Below, piece by piece: positions 47,561-59,147 of a stretch of 64,000 nt of DNA. The position numbers and the translations under genes were made by a program. Source of the stretch: an uncultured Planctomycetaceae bacterium (lineage in GTDB: Bacteria; Planctomycetota; Planctomycetia; Isosphaerales; Isosphaeraceae); assembly GCA_963833985.1 (NCBI GenBank), contig CAWIAD010000002.1:2336001-2400000 (forward strand), in the 5' to 3' direction. Position 1 is the stretch's first letter. Every line of letters starts with the position of its first letter. The notes beneath the pieces were generated by a model, which saw only the letters and a program-made list of their open reading frames with translations, had not been told where the DNA came from and did not search any database.

Positions 47561-50149
47561 ATGAACCCGCTTCCCATCGACCAGAGCTGTTCCGAGATCC
47601 TTGCCGCGCTGCACCAGCACGGCAGCATGGTACTGGTGGCTCCGCCAGGGGCCGGCAAGACCACACGCGTGCCGCCTCTCGTGGCGGGTTCCGGACTGCT
47701 GTCCCGTGAGCATCCGGGGATCATCGTACTCCAGCCCCGGAGGGTGGCCGCCCGCGCCACGGCTGCGCGCATCGCCGAGGAACAGGGCTGGACGCTCGGG
47801 GCCGAGGTCGGCTACCAGGTCCGGTTCGAGCGCAGGATCTCCGCCTCGACCCGGATCAGGATCCAGACCGAGGGCATCCTCAACCGGCAACTGCTGGCCG
47901 ACCCGTTCCTGGAAGGCATCGGGGCCGTCATCCTGGACGAGTTTCACGAGCGCAGCATCCACTCCGACCTGGCCCTGGCGTTCCTGGCGGAAATTCGACG
48001 CGAAGCGCGGCCCGACCTGCGGCTGCTGGTGATGTCGGCCACGCTGGAGGCCGAGCCGGTCGCCCGCTTCCTGGGCGATTGCCCGATCGTACGCGTCGCG
48101 GGGCGAGACCATCCGGTGGCGCTCGCCTACCACCCGGCACCCCGGCCGGCCAGCCCCGAAGCTGTGGAACCTTTGGTGCGGCAAGTGCTTGCGGATCAAT
48201 CGGCCGCGGGGCACGTGCTCGTCTTTCTGCCGGGCATGGCCGAGATTCGCAGGGTCAAGAAGGCAATCGAGCCTCTGGCGCACGCTCACGGCGCAGTCGT
48301 GCTGCCGTTGCACGGCTCGCTGCCCGCCGAGGACCAGGATCGCGCGCTGCGTCCGTCGGACCGGCAGAAGATCATCCTGGCCACGAACATCGCCGAGACC
48401 TCGCTGACCATCGACGGCGTCACGACCGTGATCGACGCGGGCCTGGCGCGGATCGCTCATCACGACCCCGAGCGCGGATTCGACCGCCTGGACCTGGCCC
48501 GGATCAGCCAGGCATCCGCGGCCCAGCGCCGGCCGCGCCGGCCGAACCGCTCCCGGCCGCTGCTTGCGGCTCTGGTCGGAGCGCCAGGAACGGACGCTGG
48601 CCCCGTTTCAGGTTCCCGAGGTGCACCGGGTGGACCTGTGCGGGGCGGTCCTGGCAATCCACGCCTGGGGCGTGACGGATGCCGGCGCCGCCCGATTTGC
48701 CTGGTACGAAGCCCCCGCGCCGAGCGCCTGGGGGCCGCCCGGCGCCTGCTCATCAGCCTGGGTGCCCTGGAGCCCGAGCGTGCGCGGCTCACTCCCCTTG
48801 GCCGGGAGATGCTCGAGCTCCCCGTTCATCCCCGGCTGGCGCGGCTGCTGATGGCCGCCGCCCGGGAGGGTGCGGTCCGCGCGGGTGCGGCCGTCGCCGC
48901 CGTGCTGGCCGAGAAAGACATGGCGGCTGGGGAAGGTCCCGATCGACCCGGCAGCGTGCCACCCCGGTCTCACTCCGGGCGCGGCCGATGTGACCTGACC
49001 CAGCGCCTCGACTGGCTGGCCGAAGCCGAAGCGTGCCATTTCTCGCCGAGCCTGCGCGCACGCGCGATCGATCCGGCCGCCGCCCGACAGGTGGCGCGTG
49101 TCCGCGATGACCTTGTCCGGCTTGCGGCGCGGATTGCCGGCCCCGCGCAACCGAGCATGCCGCAGCCGGATAACGACGAATCGCTCCTGAAGTGGCTCAT
49201 CCTGGCTTATCCCGATCGGGTGGTCCGACGCCGCGGGTCGGAAGCGACGGGAGTCATGGTTGGCGGCCGGGGCGTGCGGCTGAGCCGTGACTCGATCGTG
49301 CGCGCAGGCGAGCTGTTCCTGGCGCTCGATCCCCGCGAACAGCGCCGGCAGGGGACGCTCGAACTCGAGGTAAGGCTCGCCAGTGCGGTGGAGCTGAGCT
49401 GGCTGGAGGAGCTGGTCCCTCACCTGCTGCGACGTGAGCGGGCCACCGTCTTCGACGACGAGCGGCAGCGCGTGGTGGGCGTCACACGGCTCTGGTATCT
49501 GGACCTGTTGCTGCGGGAAGACGCCAGCGCAACCCTGGATGCGGACCTTGCCGCAGCCACGCTCTCCGCCGCGCTACGCCCCGAGGCGGCCGCACTTGTT
49601 CGCGACGACCCGGCAGCCGCCATCTGGCTGGCGCGGTACGACCTGGTGAGACAGGCGATTCCCGAGCTGGCGTGGCCGGAGATCGATGAGAGCGCCTGGA
49701 CGATGATCCTGGAGCAGCTCTGCCGGGGTCGCACGCGGACCGACGAGGTGCGCCAGGCCGACAAGGTGCCTTACCTTGAAGGCCTGTGCGATCCGTCCCG
49801 GTTGCGCGAGCTGGCTGCGAGTGCGCCGCTCTCGCTCTCGGTCCCCAGCGGCCGGAGCGTCCGGCTGACGTATGAACGGGGCCGTCCCCCCGTGCTGGCG
49901 GTTCGCCTCCAGGAGGTCTTCGGCTGGACCGAGACCCCTAGGCTGGCCCGGGAACGGGTCCCGGTGGTGCTCCATCTCCTGGGCCCGAACCACCGGCCGG
50001 TGCAGATCACCACGGACCTGAAGAGCTTCTGGACCACGACCTATCACCAGGTCCGCAAGGACCTCCGCCGGCGCTATCCCAGGCACGCCTGGCCCGAGGA
50101 CCCCATGACCGCGACCGCATCTCGGGGACCTACTCCGAAACGTTCCTGA
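47561..50149 (+). CDS. hrpB: ATP-dependent RNA helicase HrpB (two compensating frameshifts near 48530 and 48716)
   Basis: APPGAGKTT, QPRRVAAR, DEFHERS, MSAT, ATNIAETSLTIDG, C-terminal RPVQITTDLKSFW...RYPRHAWPEDP. Confidence 0.95.
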   Translation: MNPLPIDQSCSEILAALHQHGSMVLVAPPGAGKTTRVPPLVAGSGLLSREHPGIIVLQPRRVAARATAARIAEEQGWTLGAEVGYQVRFERRISASTRIRIQTEGILNRQLLADPFLEGIGAVILDEFHERSIHSDLALAFLAEIRREARPDLRLLVMSATLEAEPVARFLGDCPIVRVAGRDHPVALAYHPAPRPASPEAVEPLVRQVLADQSAAGHVLVFLPGMAEIRRVKKAIEPLAHAHGAVVLPLHGSLPAEDQDRALRPSDRQKIILATNIAETSLTIDGVTTVIDAGLARIAHHDPERGFDRLDLARISQASAAQRRPRRPNRSRPLLAALVGAPGTDAGPVSGSRGAPGGPVRGGPGNPRLGRDGCRRRPICLVRSPRAERLGAARRLLISLGALEPERARLTPLGREMLELPVHPRLARLLMAAAREGAVRAGAAVAAVLAEKDMAAGEGPDRPGSVPPRSHSGRGRCDLTQRLDWLAEAEACHFSPSLRARAIDPAAARQVARVRDDLVRLAARIAGPAQPSMPQPDNDESLLKWLILAYPDRVVRRRGSEATGVMVGGRGVRLSRDSIVRAGELFLALDPREQRRQGTLELEVRLASAVELSWLEELVPHLLRRERATVFDDERQRVVGVTRLWYLDLLLREDASATLDADLAAATLSAALRPEAAALVRDDPAAAIWLARYDLVRQAIPELAWPEIDESAWTMILEQLCRGRTRTDEVRQADKVPYLEGLCDPSRLRELAASAPLSLSVPSGRSVRLTYERGRPPVLAVRLQEVFGWTETPRLARERVPVVLHLLGPNHRPVQITTDLKSFWTTTYHQVRKDLRRRYPRHAWPEDPMTATASRGPTPKRS

Positions 50150-50956
50150 AGCCGGCTCCCGGCTCCCTGCCCGAAGCGCCAGAGAACCAGTGACCTCCTT
50201 CCCGAAAGTCGGTCCACCGGACTTGCCGGGACGGACCCACGAAATGCCGGCCGCCCGAGGGCATTTTTCCGGACGCGCCCAGCCAATGGATCGCGCCGGG
50301 CAACGGGACCGGATGCGGCGCACCGCCGATATGGTCTCCCTGATCCGTGGTGAACCCGCCTGCTGTTGCGTCCCTGAGCCGGCCTCGCTCGGCGTGGTCG
50401 TCGCTTGCTTCCACGAGCAGGGCCTGAGCACGCGGCGTGAATCGGCCGTCGATGTCGGCAAATTCTCAGCAGTTGTTTTGTTTTTTCCACATGTGGAGGC
50501 ATTTTATCCATCTGGGATTCCTTTTTAAAACAAACACATCCGCATGCCTTGACTTCATTTTTATGGTCTCCCATCATCATGGATCGCCAGCGATCGTGGG
50601 TGGCTCGCGCGGTCGACGAGGACGTTCGCATCTTCAAGAGCGAGCGCACGACGCCTCTGATCCGGGCCACATGTCTTCAGGCCAGGGTTCCGGCTCTGAC
50701 AATGCCGGGGAATGGTCTGCTGGTCCACACGGGAAGCAAGTACACACGGCCGGGCAACCTGGAGAAAAGTTCCAGAAAGTTGAGCGGGAACCCCGTGGGC
50801 TCCTGCCGCGAGCCGGAGAAGAATCCCATCAAGAATCATGCCGCCAACGTTGGACCGCGTTTCCTCGACTGCGACCACGACTTCGTGCCGCTCGACTCGA
50901 GACTGGCTGCATTTCGCCGCACGTTGAGCCTCGTATTGCCGCTTCACCGAAAGGAA

Positions 50957-52200
50957 ATGTTCGGTGGAGAGTCTGGCCACACCTGTGCTGAAGAAGCAGC
51001 ACACAACGAACGCTCGAAGTCCGGTATCGGACAGTCCCGGCGAGTCGTCCAGGAGACGGTTCCCGCCGAACGGTTCCGCTATCTGCCTTTTCTGGACGGC
51101 CTGCGCCTGTCTCCATATTGCTGGTCATCTGCTCGCACTACATGGGGCCCGTTTCAACGCGCATCGGGATTTACATGGCGGGGTGGGCGGGGGTGGACGT
51201 CTTTTTTGTCATCAGTGGTTTTCTCATTACCTGTTTATTAATGCAGGAGAAGTGCGATCATGGATCGTTTTCATTCAAGGGATTCTATATACGAAGGAGC
51301 TTGCGTATTTTTCCTGCTTACTATTTCTTCCTCCTCGTCATGCTCTTGAATTCCGGAGTCAGCGGGGCCCGATACGTCACTGCGGTCTCCCTGTATCTGA
51401 CTGATATGATCTACATGCTGGGATCGGGAGGCATTCCGCACGAACTCGTGCACAGCTGGTCGCTCTCCGTCGAAGAGCACTTCTACATGCTCTGGCCTCT
51501 CACATTGTTGCTCATGGGCCGGCGCGCCCTCCAGCTCTCGGTGTTCACGATCGTCGCGGCCTGGATCTGGAGAGTTTATCTCGTCTATTCCGGTGCAAAC
51601 TGGCCCAGGCTGTATCTCGCGTTCGATAGCCGGCTGGATAGCATTCTGATCGGATGCACCCTGTCGCTGCTCTGGATGAACCCTCCGCTCCGCATGCGTA
51701 TGCGTGCCATTCTGGGCAAACCCTGGGCGCCTTACGCCGCGGTGCTCGCCCTCGCCGGCTCGGCCTTGCTGCTGGGCAGGCACACCATGTATTCGGGAGC
51801 GGGCTGGAGCTCGTTCTGGTTCTGGAACGTACGTCTGCCGGTTCACGACCTGCTGATCGGTCTGCTGCTCCTGGTGCTGCTCATTCACCCGGCTTCGCGG
51901 TTGAGCCACGTACTCTCGACGCCTTCACTGGTATGGCTCGGCCGGTTGTCATACAGCCTCTACCTCTGGCACATGGTCGGAATCGCACTCGGCGATCAGC
52001 TCTACGGCCATTGCTTCACGGATCGCACCTGGTACACGTCCCTCCTCTTCGAGGTCGTCAAGCTGGCGATCAGCCTGGCCCTGGCAATGTCCTCCTACTA
52101 CCTGGTCGAGCGGCCATTCCTGAGCTTGAAGCAATTCTGGGAGCCGCATCGGCAAGAGTCGCCACGCCGGCCCGCCCTGGCACCGTCCGCGTCATCGTGA
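50957..52200 (+). CDS. Acyltransferase-3 (OafA-like) membrane O-acyltransferase (frameshift near 51106)
   Basis: YLPFLDGLR in upstream frame joins AVSILLVICSH; GVDVFFVISGFLIT, FYIRRSLRIFP, HSWSLSVEEHFY, LSYSLYLWH, SYYLVERP. Confidence 0.9.
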
Positions 52201-52383
52201 TGGCCAGCGTCCGGGGAAAACGGAATCCTCACCTTGCACCCCTTGGACCACGGGCGGCGAGCCTCCCTGGCTATTCGCTTCGGCCCCCGCCGGCACGGCC
52301 CGCAGTCTCTCCGGGGGCCAAAACGGGTAGAGATCCCCGCCATTCTCCTTGTTCTTCCCGAACGGGCTCCGTAGACTCGTGAT

Positions 52384-53705
52384 ATGACGTTTGTCATAGG
52401 AAGCGAGTCCACTCCAGGGGGAGCCGTTGCGGTGCAATGGAACGAACGCTCTGCACGTCGTGGAGCGTGGCGGGTTCTTCTCGTCATGCTGCTGATCGGT
52501 TCTGGTTCGGCGGCCGTGCGTGCGGGTGGTCCGCCCGAGGCGCGGGATGACCTGGACGCCATCAAGCGTGATGCGGATAAGGCAGATGCGCGGCTGGATG
52601 AGCGGTTCAAGGCGGCCGGCGATGAGAAGGCGCAGAAAACCGCCGTCGCTGAATACTGGAAAGAACTCGCGGTATGCGGCCGCCGGGCGTTTTCCTTTTC
52701 ACGCAACGCGAAGAACCCGAAGGAGGCGGCGGAGGCGGCGATCTGGGTGGTCCATGGCATGAACAATGGCTACGTGGATCAGCTTGCCGACGTGATCGAG
52801 GAAGCCTTTGCACTGCTGGCGGATCGCTGGATCGACACTGAGACCCTTGCCCCGCTCTGCTATTACACCAGCGGCTACTGCCTGAGCTCGCCGGCGGCGC
52901 GGCGGTTCCTGGCCGCGGCCGCGGAGAAGAGCCCGCATCGTCTCGTACGGGGTGTCGCCACGCTGGGGCCGGGCAGTATGAGTGCGATCGCATTTTCCTG
53001 CCGCAGCGCCTCCGCGACCCGGTTATGGGCCAGGACTTGAAAGATCGCTGTGCGTCGTCGCCCGAGCGGCTGGCGAGCCTCGGTCCGGTGGATCGAGACG
53101 GGTGCGAGCGACGCGCCGAGCATCTCTTCGAGAAGGTGTCCGCGGAGTATGCTGATGTCTCATTGCCATATCCGTACAATCCGACTGCGCTTGGCCAGAT
53201 GGCCGCCGGCGAGCTATTCAAGCTGAGGCATCTCGCGGTCGGCAATAAAGCACCGGAACTCGAGGGCACGGACGTGGAAGGCCGGCCTCTGAACCTGAGC
53301 GATCATCACGGCAAGGTGGTGGTGATCGTCTTCTGGGCCACCTGGTGCGGCCCGTGCATGGGGATGGTTCCGCACGAACGAGAGCTGGTGAAGCGGCTGC
53401 GAGGCAAGCCCTTCGTGCTGCTGGGTGTCAATGCCGACGAGGACCGGGAAGTCGCCAGGAAGGCGATGATCCAGAACGGCATGACCTGGCGTTCGTGGTG
53501 GGACGGTAAGAATCCTGGCCCGATCTCCGGCCGCTGGGGCGTGCTGAGCTGGCCGGCAGTGTACGTGCTTGATTCGCAGGGCGTCATCCGCTATACGAAT
53601 GTGAGGTTCAAGGCCCTGGATCAGTGCGTGGACCAGCTTCTTCTCGAGGCGGAGGGGGGCACCCAGGGCTCCGCACCGCCTGCGCTCGATCCTCCCACCC
53701 CGTAA
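52384..53705 (+). CDS. TlpA/redoxin family thiol-disulfide protein with N-terminal helical domain (frameshift near 52967)
   Basis: Signal peptide; GNKAPELEG...GKVVVIVFWATWCGPC, LLGVNAD, WPAVYVLD; start uncertain. Confidence 0.85.
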
Positions 53706-53749
53706 GGACTTTGGACAGGACGACCCGAGACGCCCGTGGCGGCCTTGGC

Positions 53750-54340
53750 TCAAAACGAGACCTGGGGCACCTGCCGTTCCTTCTCCACGTCGAGCTCGAA
53801 GAGCTGTGCCGGTGCGAAGCCCAGCGCGTTGGCCACGAGGTTGGTGGGGAAGCTTTCACGCGTGATGTTGTAATTCATGACGGTGTTGTTGAAGACCTGG
53901 CGGGCGGCCGCGATCTGGTTCTCGGTCGCCGCCAGCTCCTGCTGTAGAGCGATCATGTTCTGATTGGCCTTGAGATCGGGATAGGCTTCGGCCACGGCGA
54001 AGAGCCGCCCGAGGGCGCCGTTGAGCTGAGATTCGGCCGCGGCCAGCCCCGCCATGGACGAGGCATTCCCCGGGTTGGAGGCGGCCGCGCTCACCGCCGT
54101 CATCGCCGCGCTACGTGCCCGGGTGACTGCCTCGAGCGTTTCCCGCTCGTGGCTCAGATATCCCTTGGCGGTCTCGATCAGGTTCGGGATCAGGTCATGC
54201 CTGCGCTTGAGCTGCACGTCGATCTGGCTGAACGCCGCCTTGAACCGGTTCCGCATGGCCACGAGCCCGTTGTAGGCCCCCGCCAGCCAGAGCAGCACGA
54301 TCACCACAACCAAGGCCACAACGCCCAGAACGGTCCACAT
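53750..54340 (-). CDS. lemA: LemA family protein
   Basis: N-terminal TM, YNGLV..RN...AFSQIDVQLKRRHDLIPNL, EAYPDLKAN, FPTNLVA. Confidence 0.95.
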   Translation of the reverse strand: MWTVLGVVALVVVIVLLWLAGAYNGLVAMRNRFKAAFSQIDVQLKRRHDLIPNLIETAKGYLSHERETLEAVTRARSAAMTAVSAAASNPGNASSMAGLAAAESQLNGALGRLFAVAEAYPDLKANQNMIALQQELAATENQIAAARQVFNNTVMNYNITRESFPTNLVANALGFAPAQLFELDVEKERQVPQVSF

Positions 54341-54749
54341 GGATGTCAGCCTTTCGGTTCAATCTGCGTCTCTCTCCTGTTCTCTCCCGGAACCGATTCC
54401 GTTCCGTTCGCTTTGACGCCCACTGATCTTGCGGCCCGCGACTGCGCGTATCAAGCGGGTAATCCCCCGTGCCGGGAAAAAGAGCTGCATCCGCTTACGT
54501 GCGAACAGGAACGGACCGCAGTGAGCTTGGCCTACAAGCTGCCCCGGACCCGCTGCGCGAGATTCCGCCGAACTCTTGGCCTAATGGGCTTTCTTGGTTG
54601 CATGCGAGCATGTAAATCCTGGATGAGCCAGATCGCATTCCCAGAAACCGGCCGGTTGCTTAAGATCTGCGGCTGCCTGAAGGTACGGACGCCCGAGGCC
54701 TTGCCATTTCCCCGGAAGGATTCCGCGAACTCAATGCAGCGACGCGGGC

Positions 54750-55925
54750 GTGAGCTCCTGGGCCACCCTCGTGCTTTGCGCCGGTCTGTCGGGGTGTGCC
54801 ACCATGCGGCAGAACGCCCCGTCGCCCGATCTTCGTCCGTGCACGGACGGCTACGCATACACGACCGACGGCTGGCGGCTCGGCGTCCGCCATTATCGGC
54901 CGGCCCAGCCGGACCCGGGCAAGCTGCCGGTGATTCTGTGTCACGGACTCGGCTTGAACGCGACCTTCTGGACGATCACGGACAACCATCTCCCTGCCCA
55001 GCTCTGTGCCCGTGGCTATGACGTGTACGTGTTCGACATCCGAGGCTCGGGAGAGAATGGCCGCCCGGGGAAGGATGACCGGCTCAACCAGGTCCTGCGA
55101 CAGACGCCCTTCCGCGAGCACGGCGAGTCGTCCTGGACGGTGGACGACCTGGTGCGCTACGACGTGCCGGCGATCCTGGAATACGTCATTCGTGATAGCG
55201 GCCAGAGCCGGGTGAACTGGGTGGGGCATAGCCTGGGCGGCATGATGATCTTCCCCTTCCTGGAGCTCAGTCCAGGGCCCGAGCGGATCGCGAATTTCGT
55301 GGGCATGGGGTCCACGATCATCCAGGCCAGGACACCCCAGCGCAGCATGTTCTACGCGAACGTCGGCATCCACTCGCTGCTGCGTGTGGCCAGTGCAGGG
55401 CGGCTGGGCCGGCCGCTCACCTATTTCCGGATGCCCGGCATGGGGACCATCGACGGCTTTTACTACACGGCCGAGAACGTCGACCGCCGGACGATCTCCC
55501 GGTTCTACGGCTACACCCTCGAAGATCCCGGCCCCGGGGCACTGCGGCAATTCGCACCCTATCTCAGGACGGGGCATCTGCTCTCCGCCGACCGGAGGGT
55601 TGACTATTCGGCCCGGCTGGGAGAGGTGGCCGTACCCACGCTCATGGTGGCCGGTGCCAGCGACCTGATCTCCGACGTCCCCTCCACGCGCATGACGTTC
55701 GAGGCGATCGGCAGCCGCGACAAGACCCTTTGCGTCTTCAGCAAGGCCAACGGTCACGTCGCCGATTACGGCCACTGCGACCTGGCCTGGAGCCGGTACG
55801 CCCCGCGCGAGGTGTTCCCGGTGGTCATCGACTGGCTGGACCGCAGGCAGCCCGGGGTCGTCGCCGTCCGCAGGCAAACCGGGCCTTCACCGACTCCGCA
55901 AGAAACCGTCAACGCAGATCTGTGA
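54750..55925 (+). CDS. Alpha/beta hydrolase lipoprotein (lipase/PhaC-like)
   Basis: LSGC lipobox; TTDGWRL, LCHGLG, GHSLGG nucleophile elbow, AGASD, YGHCDL. Confidence 0.88.
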   Translation: MSSWATLVLCAGLSGCATMRQNAPSPDLRPCTDGYAYTTDGWRLGVRHYRPAQPDPGKLPVILCHGLGLNATFWTITDNHLPAQLCARGYDVYVFDIRGSGENGRPGKDDRLNQVLRQTPFREHGESSWTVDDLVRYDVPAILEYVIRDSGQSRVNWVGHSLGGMMIFPFLELSPGPERIANFVGMGSTIIQARTPQRSMFYANVGIHSLLRVASAGRLGRPLTYFRMPGMGTIDGFYYTAENVDRRTISRFYGYTLEDPGPGALRQFAPYLRTGHLLSADRRVDYSARLGEVAVPTLMVAGASDLISDVPSTRMTFEAIGSRDKTLCVFSKANGHVADYGHCDLAWSRYAPREVFPVVIDWLDRRQPGVVAVRRQTGPSPTPQETVNADL

Positions 55926-56498
55926 CCACGTCTCGAATTCGCTTTTGCGAGTTTCCAGGGCCGCGATGGGAAGGAATTCCGGATCGGCCAGTCCCTCCTC
56001 GCGTGGCGTGACCTCGGGCCTTTGCAGCTCGCAGACGTGCACCACGCCCAGGTGCACAGACCCGACAGGAGTGGAATCGTCATTGATCAGGCCCACGAGC
56101 CGCATGGGTCCGGGGCTGGCGATATGGACCTCCTCGTCGAGTTCGCGGCGCATGGCCTTCTCGTAGGCCTCGAAGCTCCGCTGGCCCTCGGCATCCGACT
56201 CCGCGACATGGCCCCCCACGCCCAGGGACCGCAGCCGATGGAGCCGGGCCTCACCCTGCGACGCGCCCCGGGTGTAGCAGAACACGGCGTCGCCGCACCG
56301 CAGCACCACGTAGGGGATGATCTGCTTCCAGCAGGGGTCCTCCTCCACCTGGAACCGGGGCCGGTACTCCATCAGCTCAGGAACCAGCAGCGCGGTCAGG
56401 TAGCGCTGGGCGTCGCCGTGGTAGCCCTGAAATCGTCCAAGGCGGTCGAGCGCGGAACCGGGAACAACAAGCACTCGCTCGCGGGAAGGTTGGCTCAC
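55887..56498 (-). CDS. Nudix-like phosphoesterase (YmaB/COG4112-like)
   Basis: EEDPCWKQIIPY, SLGVGGHV, RRELDEEV, GLINDDSTPVGSVHLGVV, FETWSQ. Confidence 0.88.
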   Translation of the reverse strand: MSQPSRERVLVVPGSALDRLGRFQGYHGDAQRYLTALLVPELMEYRPRFQVEEDPCWKQIIPYVVLRCGDAVFCYTRGASQGEARLHRLRSLGVGGHVAESDAEGQRSFEAYEKAMRRELDEEVHIASPGPMRLVGLINDDSTPVGSVHLGVVHVCELQRPEVTPREEGLADPEFLPIAALETRKSEFETWSQICVDGFLRSR

Positions 56499-56877
56499 GT
56501 GAGGGCCCCGTGAAAGAGCGTGATCAAGGTCTGCCTGGTGCGGAGGTCGAGGCCGTGGTTGCTGGAGAAGTCAAGCAGCCGAGATTGTAGCGTGGCCTGG
56601 TTCCTTGCGGAATGAAGTTGTGATCTTGTCGGCCCTGGCAACGCAGGCTATTGTTCTACGGTCCCGAGAGCCAGCCGGCGGGCTCTGGCGCAGCGCCTCA
56701 TGGCCGTCTCCCGTCCCGGCCACACCGGGCCGTCGCCGTCCGGGCTCCAGCCCTGAACGTTTTTCTTGGTCGCGGGCCCGGAACCGAAGCCCGGGTCAAA
56801 GTCCCGAGCTGGAATCCATCACAGATCACCGATACCTCTCGACACGCTCAACGGATTGAAGAAAAGGAGACGGTCGC

Positions 56878-57288
56878 ATGAGCGGTCCCAGGAACTGGTT
56901 CCGAATCGCCGGATTGGTGATTCATGTTTTGATCGGTGGTCTCCTGATCATGGCCAGCATGGGCAAGCTGATCGGCACTCCACCGCCAGAGGTTCTTGAG
57001 ATGCTCCGAAAGATCGGTCTGGACGAGCAACTCCATCTCATTGGTGCAGGTGAGCTGATCACGGGTATTCTGCTCATCGTGCCCTGGACGGCCTCGCTCG
57101 GAGTGCTGCTGGCTTCGGGATTCTGGGGCGGCACGATCGCCACGCACATGGGAATGCACAGCTCTTATGCATTTCAAGCGGCCTTGCTGGCCATCACCTG
57201 GGTCGGCGCGTACCTCCGTCTTCCAGAGATGTTCAGCAGCTTCTGGTGGCGAGGCCCGGGAGCAGCGCCCGCGGTGCCGAGGGATTGA
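56878..57288 (+). CDS. DoxX family membrane protein
   Basis: AAGGAG RBS; MASMGKL, IGAGEL, LGVLLASGFWGGTIATH, WVGAYLR. Confidence 0.88.
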   Translation: MSGPRNWFRIAGLVIHVLIGGLLIMASMGKLIGTPPPEVLEMLRKIGLDEQLHLIGAGELITGILLIVPWTASLGVLLASGFWGGTIATHMGMHSSYAFQAALLAITWVGAYLRLPEMFSSFWWRGPGAAPAVPRD

Positions 57289-57335
57289 ACCTGGCGCGGC
57301 CGACGCGCCGGCCTTGGCGCAGCGCCGGGCCTGCG

Positions 57336-58845
57336 CTACCCCATCATCTTGCCGACCGCCTCCCGCGCGGATCATGAGCGGGCTGTCCTTGGTCTGCGTG
57401 CCCGGGAGATGGAACACGGAGGCGGCCGCGAGCGGGGCGTGCCAGCGTGTATCCGCAACGGCCATCGTCTCTTCCCAGATGGCCGCTCCATACTTGTAAT
57501 CGTGGCTGTCGGTGCCCTTGTGGAAGATCATCCGCCGGGCGGCGTCGAAGAACCGGTCCGCCGATCCACCGTGGCTCAGGAAGGCGATCGTCCTTTCCGC
57601 GGCCTGCCGCCGATCGGTCTGGATTGCCGCGAAGATCTCGCCGATCACCTCGTCTCCCGTGGCGGTCGAACCGGCACCCTCCTGGCGATCGATCTCGATC
57701 GGCCGCGCGGACTTGTTGCGATCGCGGTACAGAGGCTGCCAGCCCACGGCCTGGAGCAATGCCAGCCGGCGGGTGAGGTCGTCACCGCTCGCCTTGAAAA
57801 TGTAATGCAAGGAGTTGGATGCGGTCGTGGCGTGGAGACTGACGATCCCCGGGCTGTTCATCATCATCTCGCTGGCCGAGAGTACCACGGCGTCCCAGAG
57901 CGACTCGGGTGCGATCCCCTCGTTGAGCATCCGCGCGGCTTCGGCGGACGCCGCCTCGGGAGCGGCCTGCCGGATGGTCTGGAGCATCGACCGCGTCGCC
58001 GCCGGGTCAAGGCGGCCGGCCTGCCAGTCCTCGCGGATCTTGCGGGCATTCTCAAGGTTGGCGTCATAGGGGCCCAGCGGCCTGGGACGGTCGCCCTGAA
58101 GATCGAGCAGGCCGAAGCTGAGCGACCGCAGCACCGGCTCGGCATGCTCCCAGCCGATCGCCTGCAAGGTGCGCCAGCTCTGGGCCGCGAAGATCGGCTT
58201 GTGGCCAATGTTCCGCTGGTCGCGGACGGCCATCCGCCAGATCGGCTCCATGGCCTCGGCCGCGCCGCAGGAACGGCAGAGGCCGGTCACGGCCGTGTCG
58301 GCCGCATCGGCGTCCCAGGCTTCCATGGCCCGGGTGTATTCGGCCCGGGCGCGGTGGGGCGGAGGCACGCGCGACTCGTCCACCCGCCCCAGCGCCCAGT
58401 CGCCCTCGCGAACGTCCTGCGCCTGCGATCCTTTGAAGTTATCAAGAGCCCAGAAGAGCGGGAGCAGCCGTTCCGAGAATGCCGCGGTCTGGCCCAGCAG
58501 GTGCGCGGAGTTGATGACCATCACCGCGTGGAACTTGAAGCCGACGGGTCGCGGCTTGATGTTGCGAATGCCCGCCAGGAACAGCCCGGCCAGCAAGGCG
58601 CGGTACGACAGCCCATCCCTGAGCTCGGCCACGGCCTTCTCGAAAATGCGATCGCGCGGCGTTTCCTCGATCCACCGCACGACCGGCTCGATCTCGGGCC
58701 GGAACCGCACCAGCTCGGGTCCTACCTTCGCCTCGTTGGCCGGTGGCGTGATCGCGCCCAGGGCGTCCCACGGTCCGAGCCCGGCCCCCAGTCCCAGAGT
58801 GGTGGCCGTCTGCAAGAACCGACGGCGCGGCAGTGGATGGCTCAT
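57336..58845 (-). CDS. Tat-exported conserved hypothetical helical protein (frameshift near 57365)
   Basis: RRRFLQ Tat motif; GFKFHAVMVINSAH, GHKPIF, HDYKY; one-base correction gives IRAREAVGKMMG-stop at 57336 and removes the overlap with the DoxX gene. Confidence 0.8.
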
Positions 58846-59147
58846 TGCGGATTCTCCCGTGGCCAGAGGTGCGCGGCTGCCGGTGCGGGACGGTCACTCG
58901 CAACCGTACCCAGGTGCCGGCCCCGCAAATGCGTGGAGATGCCTCGCAGCGTGACTGACTTGAATCTTACGCTGCCGCCTGCCACGCCGGAAGCCCCAGC
59001 AAACGGCTCAGAGCATGCAGCCATACTCCGAGAGCACTCGCCAGACCCCTGCACCTCGTCGCCGGCCCGGCCCGCTCGTCTAGGAATTCATCAGGCTATG
59101 AACTAGACTTTCCCGTTCATGCGAGAAAGTCCTGGAACCCGACATGA

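Noticed and set aside
50549..50956. 5' part of ORF 50549-51241 as an independent protein
   Set aside because: Only its 3' part (YLPFLDGLR) is recognisable, and that belongs to the frameshifted acyltransferase; the rest has no coding signature
56848..57335. C-terminal extension of the Tat protein overlapping the DoxX gene
   Set aside because: Explained by a one-base frameshift near 57365; the corrected protein stops at 57336
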